Shown here in pieces: positions 17,872 to 23,384 of a stretch of 23,384 bases of DNA. How positions within the stretch are numbered: position 1 is the first letter of the stretch; every line of letters starts with the position of its first letter. The position numbers and the translations under genes are program-made. Below the pieces are notes generated by a model, which saw only the letters and a list, made by a program, of their open reading frames with translations, searched no databases and was not told the origin of the DNA. Source of the stretch: Sulfurihydrogenibium sp. (lineage in GTDB: Bacteria > Aquificota > Aquificia > Aquificales > Hydrogenothermaceae); contig JBBIPN010000015.1 of the NCBI GenBank assembly GCA_037442825.1, positions 1 to 23,384 on the forward strand, in the 5' to 3' direction.

Positions 17872-18963
17872 TCAATTGGAGTTACCCTTTCCTTTGTTAT
17901 GTATCTTCTCAACTGAATCAATGTAAACATAGTAATTTTTTATAAATCCAAAGTATTCCCTTTTGTAAACAAGATAAAGCTTCAACTTGTATTTTCCTGG
18001 CTGTAATATACTTAAATCATCTTTTATTCCTGCGATATGATAAAATGGTCCAGACTTGGTCATTCCAGCTACTTCAAGGATTGAGCCATAATCACAGGGT
18101 TTAGTTATTAGCACTTCAACATCTCTTTCCATTGGCGGCATCAAAGGACCAAATTTAGATGCTTCAAGAACATCTTCTGAACTTTGTCCGGGTTGGATTA
18201 GCTTGTAATCAAATGTTCCCATATTTTCAAATCTTTTTAACTCATTCTCTAAATAGGCAATTTTTTGTAGTTTATCGGGATCCTTGGATGCTTTATATCT
18301 GTCTATTTCCATCTTTATAGCTCTTATAGTTGCATCAATAAGTCCTTTTTTCAAAAGTTCTGTTCCAAGGTCTTCTTTTATGCTAATGCTTATAGGTCCT
18401 GTCTGTTGATAGATATTAGAAAATATAAAAAATGGTTCATCTGTAACCATTGGAATCACAGGATTTTTTATCTCTACCATGTATAGCATCTTAAAACCAA
18501 GTTCTTTTTGAAGATCATACTCTAAAACTGTTCCCTCTGGTAAAAAAGCTTTACAGTTATCGGGCATTGTCCTTTTAAAAACTATTTCATAGGTTGGAAC
18601 TTGATTATCTACTTTATAAATTTTATTTACTTCAGCTTTTATTGTTTTTTTATCAGTGCAGCCATTGGTGTTCACTTTTATAGATATTTTGTGCTCTTTA
18701 ACCTCAACTGCTCTTAACACAAGTATTCCTGTATCTGTGGGCAAAAAAGAGTACTCAGGTTTTATCTTAATGTCTGAATTTACAGAATCTTTATAAATTC
18801 CTCCCCATTCAACTACTGTAAAGCCTTTTCTTTCAGGAGACTGCAATCTTGGTGATCTGATATCCTTGTAATTATCCACTGCTTCAAAGTAAAGAATAAC
18901 TCTAATAACAGTATCAGGCTGCGGTGTTACGATTAATTTCAGGTTTTTGTATGGGAATTTCCT
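17872..18963 (-). pseudogene. Multi-domain hypothetical protein, 5'-truncated (ORF track 17872..18879)
   Basis: The frame stays open upstream of GTG 18879 to a stop just above 18963 with no ATG: KFPYKNLKLIVTPQPDTVIRVILYFEAVDNYKDIRSPRLQSPERKGFTVVEWGG. From recall, PDTxIRV...GFTVVEWGG is the C-terminal end of an uncharacterised domain that begins KPVIYLYP, and that start is absent here. Confidence 0.6.
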
Positions 18964-19016
18964 TTATACTAAAATACTATTCTTTTCTATTAAATTAAAT
19001 TATGGTTTTTTGTTTA

Positions 19017-19319
19017 CTACGGTTTTTCTTGATTGTAGGCATCCATTCTAAAATTAATTTTTGATAAATACGTATCAAGTAATAATTTAAACATTTTACC
19101 GTGATGAGGATATTTTAGATGAAGTAGTTCATGGATAATTACTTCGTATCTTTTTTCTTTTGGCTCTTTTAAAAGAGATTTATCAAAGGTTAGCCTACCC
19201 TTACTGGAACAGCTGGCAAGCTTTCTTTTCATCTGCCTTATATGAATCTCTTTAGGTTTAACACCAATCTTATCTGCTATCGTTAAAACATCACTTTTGA
19301 ACATCTGTTCTGTAATCAT
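19017..19319 (-). CDS. Short YgjP-like (DUF45/M48-like) metal-dependent hydrolase
   Basis: MKRKLASCSSKGRLTF and IIHELLHLKYPHHGKMF (HExxH...H); ATGA overlap with the hsdR stop. Confidence 0.85.
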   Translation of the reverse strand: MITEQMFKSDVLTIADKIGVKPKEIHIRQMKRKLASCSSKGRLTFDKSLLKEPKEKRYEVIIHELLHLKYPHHGKMFKLLLDTYLSKINFRMDAYNQEKP

Positions 19320-22267
19320 TGTGAATGCCCTCTTTTAAGTATATTAATTATGTTTTGAGAAAGCGAAGAGACCTTTGAAAGATCTTCAAAGCCAGCTTTT
19401 ATAATAACTTCATAAAATCCTTTTTTAAATTCTCTTTCATAGTGTTCGCTTTCCTGCCAGTGGGGATATTTCTGGAATACCTCTTGCATCTGGTTAGCTA
19501 TATTCTCTGCTCCACCAAAGCCTTCTTCCTTTAGTATCCAGTAAATTGTGAATACATCTGGAGACATTTTCCTTTCTATCTGTTCTTTTTTTGCAGCATT
19601 TATTTCATCAATTATTTTCTTGAGTTCCTCTAATGTTTCTTGTGTGCTTTTTTGTTTGTTTTTAAAAAGATTAACCAAATTTTCCGCCTTTTCTTTAATT
19701 GAAATAAGATAAGGGGATTTTATTCCTTCCTTTTCAATAGTCTTTTCAATATCTTTTATAAGGTTAAATATCTTTTCTGTATCAGAAGCTTTACTTTCTT
19801 CTATTTTTTTTAAAGTGTATTCATTTATTTCAAAAATCTCTATGGAGGGTTTTATTTTGTCTATTGTGGTATGTTTTTGCATAAGAAGAGCGGTTTTTCT
19901 TGTAAATTCTTTGTCAATCGATTTATTTGGTTCGAATGCTTCTTTTAAAATTCTATAAATTTTTGAAATGGTATCATAATCCTCAATATAGGAACCTAAA
20001 AATGGATCGGGAGATAAAATTTCGTAAAGGTCAGCCAGTTTTTTATAGAAGGTATAAAAATTTTTTCTTCTTTCATTATCCATAAAATATTCAAGAACAG
20101 ACTCATTAGCTTTGTCTGGTGTTTTGCCCTGAATGATTTTTAGATATTCTGCCCTTGCTTTCTCCATTAGTTCTGAGAACCTTTCTCTTAAAACTTTTAT
20201 ATCTTGAACCACTCCTTCAATATCTGAAGAGTCAAAGGCAAGTGCTTTCTCAAGATTGTCAAATATCCCAACAAAATCCAGAACAAAACCGCAAGGCTTT
20301 TTCCTTCCTTCTTCATCTTCATAAGGTCTGTTTACCCTTGCTATTGCCTGGAGTAATACATGATCTCTCATAGGCTTATCAAGATACATGCAGTAAAGAA
20401 TCGGAGCATCAAAGCCAGTCAAAAGTTTCTCTGTAACAATTAAAATCTTTGGCAGCTCATTTGGATTTTTAAAAGCTTTTCTAATTCTCTTTTCTTCTAT
20501 TTCTGAAAGATGGTATTTTGCAAGATGTTCTGGATCATTGTAGAAAGGGCTGATTACAACCTGAGAGTAATCAGGAGGTAGATATTTGTCCAGATTTTCC
20601 TTATACAAGGCACAGGCCTCCCTGTCTACGGCAACAAGAAAAGCTTTATATCCCATAGGTTCAACATAATCTCTGTAATGCTCAGAAACATATTTTGCAA
20701 TCTTATCTATCCTGTCTGGATTTTTTAGCATATTTTTGAGGGTAACAGCCTTTTCAAGCACTTTGTTTAACTCTTCAATGTCACGGATTCCCTCAGTTTC
20801 TGCAAGATTAAGAAACTCTTTTTCAAGTGTTTCTTTATCAACTCTTAATTCATTTGGTGCAAGTGTGTAATGGAGAGAGACAGTAGTGCCATCTTCAATG
20901 GACTCTGCAATGCTATATTTATCAAGGTAGCCCTTTGGGGAATCATCTATCCCAAAGGTTATAAATGTACCTTTGCCGTGGCTTGTTTTATCAATTGGTG
21001 TGCCTGTAAATCCGATGTAGGTAGCATTTGGCAGAGCTCTCATCAAATAATTACCTAAATTTCCAGATGTGCTTCTATGAGCTTCATCTACCAAAACAAA
21101 AATATTTTTTCTTGTGTTTATATTTTCTGGTATGCCTTCAAACTTGTGAATCATAGTTACAATAAGCCCTCTTCTGTCGTCTTTCAAAAGCTCCTGTAAA
21201 TGTCTTTTACTTTTTGTAACTTCAACATTTTCTATTCCCACAGATTTTAGATTTCCAAATAGTTGTGATTCAAGCTCATTTCTATCTACAAGCATTAAAA
21301 CAGTGGGATTTTCAAATATAGGATTTTCCATTAATTTTTGAGCTGCCACTATCATCGTATAAGTTTTTCCAGAGCCTTGAGTATGCCAGATAAGACCTCT
21401 TTTCTTCTCCGGATCCTTTGCTCTTTGAATAATTTTTTCAACAGCCCTCATCTGGTGAGGCCTTAATACAACTTTTTTAAGTTCCTCATCCTGCTTTGTG
21501 AACAATATATAGTCAGTAATGAGTTTTACTACTCTGTTTCTATCAAAAAATGTTTTTACAATAGCCTCAAAATCGCCTTGAACCTCTGCTTTCCAGTTAA
21601 AAAGGGATTTTGTTGAGGTGTTCCATGTAGCACCGTAATAGTATTGAATAAGATGGCTCATTGCATAAATCTGCAAAATAGCCATAATCTCAGGGCAGTC
21701 TCTATGATAACGGATAATTTGCTCTAATGCTTCATTTAGACCACCTATCTTAGTAGGTGCCTTAGTTTCAACAAGAAGAATGGGAATTCCGTTAATCAAA
21801 AATACAATATCAGCCCTGATGGTTTTGATTCCATTGCTGAAAGTGAACTCATCAGTTACATGAAAAACATTGTTATCTATATTTGTTGTATCAATAAACT
21901 TAACATTTCTCTCTCTCTTTTCACTGGAGATAAATACAGTTTTAAGTCCCTTCAAATATTCCCATGCAATAAGATTACCATGTATGTTTGCTTTAATTCT
22001 TTCCAGTTGCTTGATTAATTCATTAGCATGGTCATAGTTTAAAAAGGGGTTTAGTTTTTTAAGCTGATTTATAAAAATTTCTTTAAATACCAAACCAGTA
22101 GTTCCACCACGCAAATTTAAAGCTTTTTCTCTTGGAATATATTCCCAGCCAAGATTAATAAAAACCTTTTCTCCTGAAGAAGTTATATATTCTGCTGACT
22201 CCTCACAGACATACTTGATGATAGTATCTTGCACAGAGTACTTTTCAGAGCCAAGTTTTTCAGTCAT
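19316..22267 (-). CDS. hsdR: Type I restriction endonuclease subunit R
   Basis: Nuclease motif ADIVFLINGIPILLVETK, Walker A HTQGSGKT, DEAHRS, GFTGTP, LTGFDAP and QAIARVNR; 983 aa, uninterrupted. Confidence 0.96.
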   Translation of the reverse strand: MTEKLGSEKYSVQDTIIKYVCEESAEYITSSGEKVFINLGWEYIPREKALNLRGGTTGLVFKEIFINQLKKLNPFLNYDHANELIKQLERIKANIHGNLIAWEYLKGLKTVFISSEKRERNVKFIDTTNIDNNVFHVTDEFTFSNGIKTIRADIVFLINGIPILLVETKAPTKIGGLNEALEQIIRYHRDCPEIMAILQIYAMSHLIQYYYGATWNTSTKSLFNWKAEVQGDFEAIVKTFFDRNRVVKLITDYILFTKQDEELKKVVLRPHQMRAVEKIIQRAKDPEKKRGLIWHTQGSGKTYTMIVAAQKLMENPIFENPTVLMLVDRNELESQLFGNLKSVGIENVEVTKSKRHLQELLKDDRRGLIVTMIHKFEGIPENINTRKNIFVLVDEAHRSTSGNLGNYLMRALPNATYIGFTGTPIDKTSHGKGTFITFGIDDSPKGYLDKYSIAESIEDGTTVSLHYTLAPNELRVDKETLEKEFLNLAETEGIRDIEELNKVLEKAVTLKNMLKNPDRIDKIAKYVSEHYRDYVEPMGYKAFLVAVDREACALYKENLDKYLPPDYSQVVISPFYNDPEHLAKYHLSEIEEKRIRKAFKNPNELPKILIVTEKLLTGFDAPILYCMYLDKPMRDHVLLQAIARVNRPYEDEEGRKKPCGFVLDFVGIFDNLEKALAFDSSDIEGVVQDIKVLRERFSELMEKARAEYLKIIQGKTPDKANESVLEYFMDNERRKNFYTFYKKLADLYEILSPDPFLGSYIEDYDTISKIYRILKEAFEPNKSIDKEFTRKTALLMQKHTTIDKIKPSIEIFEINEYTLKKIEESKASDTEKIFNLIKDIEKTIEKEGIKSPYLISIKEKAENLVNLFKNKQKSTQETLEELKKIIDEINAAKKEQIERKMSPDVFTIYWILKEEGFGGAENIANQMQEVFQKYPHWQESEHYEREFKKGFYEVIIKAGFEDLSKVSSLSQNIINILKRGHSQ

Positions 22268-22310
22268 TTATTATACCTTTTGTTGAAATTTCCATAATTC
22301 TATTTTCTTA

Positions 22311-22436
22311 GCTGGTTTTCTTTTGTTATTTCCTGGCATAAGAGCCAAAAATACCAAGGATTACAACTCCATATCTTTCTCTTATTTCTTCTTTGTGTTC
22401 TTGTAGAATCTTTTTTATTTCTTCTAAGGTCTTCAT
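22311..22436 (-). pseudogene. Minimal nucleotidyltransferase (MNT antitoxin-like) remnant (not in ORF track)
   Basis: ATG 22436 overlaps the hsdS stop (ATGA) and reads MKTLEEIKKILQEHKEEIRERYGVVILGIFGSYARK*QKKTS*. This matches the MNT FGSxARGEQxxxSDxD motif, with a stop at the Glu position and sequence lost before DxD. Confidence 0.82.
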
Positions 22437-23384
22437 ATAGAAACCTCTTTTAAGTCTTTTACTCTAATTTTACCACTCATAAGATTATGAAGCATAGATT
22501 TAAACAATTCTTGTAAAGCTTTCTTTTTATTTTCTTCTGCTTGGATTTTTTCGTCTACTGTAGATAAAATCTCGGCAATTTTTTGCTGTATAGGAAGAGG
22601 GGGAAGGGGGATAAACTTATTAACTACATCGGGAATATTTAAGGTAGGATATCCATCTCCTTTTTCTTTTGCAAATTTTATTTTAATTAATATGTAAAAC
22701 AAAAAAAGTTGATCTAATTTTTCAGATTGTTTCGAATTAACACCAAATAAATGACTAACTATATAAGCATCAAAAGGAAGTAAAGCTCTTTTTTCAAGAT
22801 ATATTGTAGCTCCACTTTTTGGAAAAACTATTGTATTTTTAGGAAATTTTTTCAGCTTATAAACTTTAACTGCTTCATTAGTAATATAATCACATTCAAA
22901 AATCTTATAGGTTTCTTTATCTATATGTGAAACTCTTACAAATGGATTACTACCACCAAAGTATTTATCACCTTGAGGTGCTGAACCTCCAGCTGAAATT
23001 TCTATTACCTCCCCCAATCTCACCACTTCCCAATCTTCTGGCATCTGTCCGATTTCGGTTTGTTTTAGTTTTACATTTTCCGCATCTTTTATGCTTACTG
23101 GTCCATAGGTAAAAAGGTGTTTCATTAGGGATTTTTTTAGTTCTTTCGTTGCTTTTATTACGGCATCAGTCTTTTCTATTGCCTCTTGAATCGTAGAAAG
23201 CACATAAGCAATATTCTTTTGCTCAGATAGTGGGGGAAGGGGGATTTTTATGTGAGGTATAGATTTACTCGCGTGTTTTATAGTTACTCCGGTAGTATAA
23301 TTTTTTATGATATTTTGAACATAATTTGTTTGTAATACAAAAAAAACAAAATCTTTAAATAATTTGTTACTTTTTAATTTTACT
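22433..23384 (-). CDS. hsdS: Type I restriction-modification specificity subunit S (5' end outside the window)
   Basis: The frame is open from the right edge through GTG 23203 (VKLKSNKLFKDFVFFVLQTNYVQNIIKNYTTGVTIKHASKSIPHIKIPLPPLSEQKNIAYVLSTI). Two conserved repeats IPLPPLSEQ and IPLPPLPIQQ, central TEIGQMPEDW, and C-terminal KSMLHNLMSGKIRV. Confidence 0.94.
   Translation of the reverse strand, partial: VKLKSNKLFKDFVFFVLQTNYVQNIIKNYTTGVTIKHASKSIPHIKIPLPPLSEQKNIAYVLSTIQEAIEKTDAVIKATKELKKSLMKHLFTYGPVSIKDAENVKLKQTEIGQMPEDWEVVRLGEVIEISAGGSAPQGDKYFGGSNPFVRVSHIDKETYKIFECDYITNEAVKVYKLKKFPKNTIVFPKSGATIYLEKRALLPFDAYIVSHLFGVNSKQSEKLDQLFLFYILIKIKFAKEKGDGYPTLNIPDVVNKFIPLPPLPIQQKIAEILSTVDEKIQAEENKKKALQELFKSMLHNLMSGKIRVKDLKEVSI

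Noticed and set aside
20155..23112. Plus-strand ORFs 20155..20373, 20870..21058 and 22927..23112
   Set aside because: Short antisense shadows of hsdR and hsdS.
15139..23384. A defined mobile element (IS, integron, prophage) carrying the accessory region
   Set aside because: No transposase, integrase, terminal repeats or att sites could be identified in the window.

Overview
AT-rich bacterial DNA in which every supported gene lies on the minus strand. The gene content and protein style suggest Aquificota, possibly Sulfurihydrogenibium-like (inference, not searched). Left part (1-14725): a tightly packed, mostly housekeeping run read right to left as NifX/NifB-family protein, a broken FAD-dependent (SQR/NDH-2-like) oxidoreductase, thyX, an ABC1/UbiB kinase, mazG, a three-gene module (frameshifted TonB-dependent receptor, small exported YfiR-like protein, membrane GGDEF-EAL protein), glutamate synthase large subunit without gltD, a lipoprotein SNase nuclease, lepB and the 5' part of pyrC. 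Right part (15139-23384): an accessory region with a type I restriction-modification locus (hsdS running off the edge, an unannotated nucleotidyltransferase antitoxin remnant, intact hsdR, a short YgjP/M48 protein), followed by a decayed cluster of predicted exported proteins (5'-truncated GFTVVEWGG-motif protein, small degenerate ORF, two-repeat WD40 protein, hidden FecR-domain fragment, DUF4140/DUF4139 gene with one amber stop). No CRISPR array, RNA gene or transposase could be supported.
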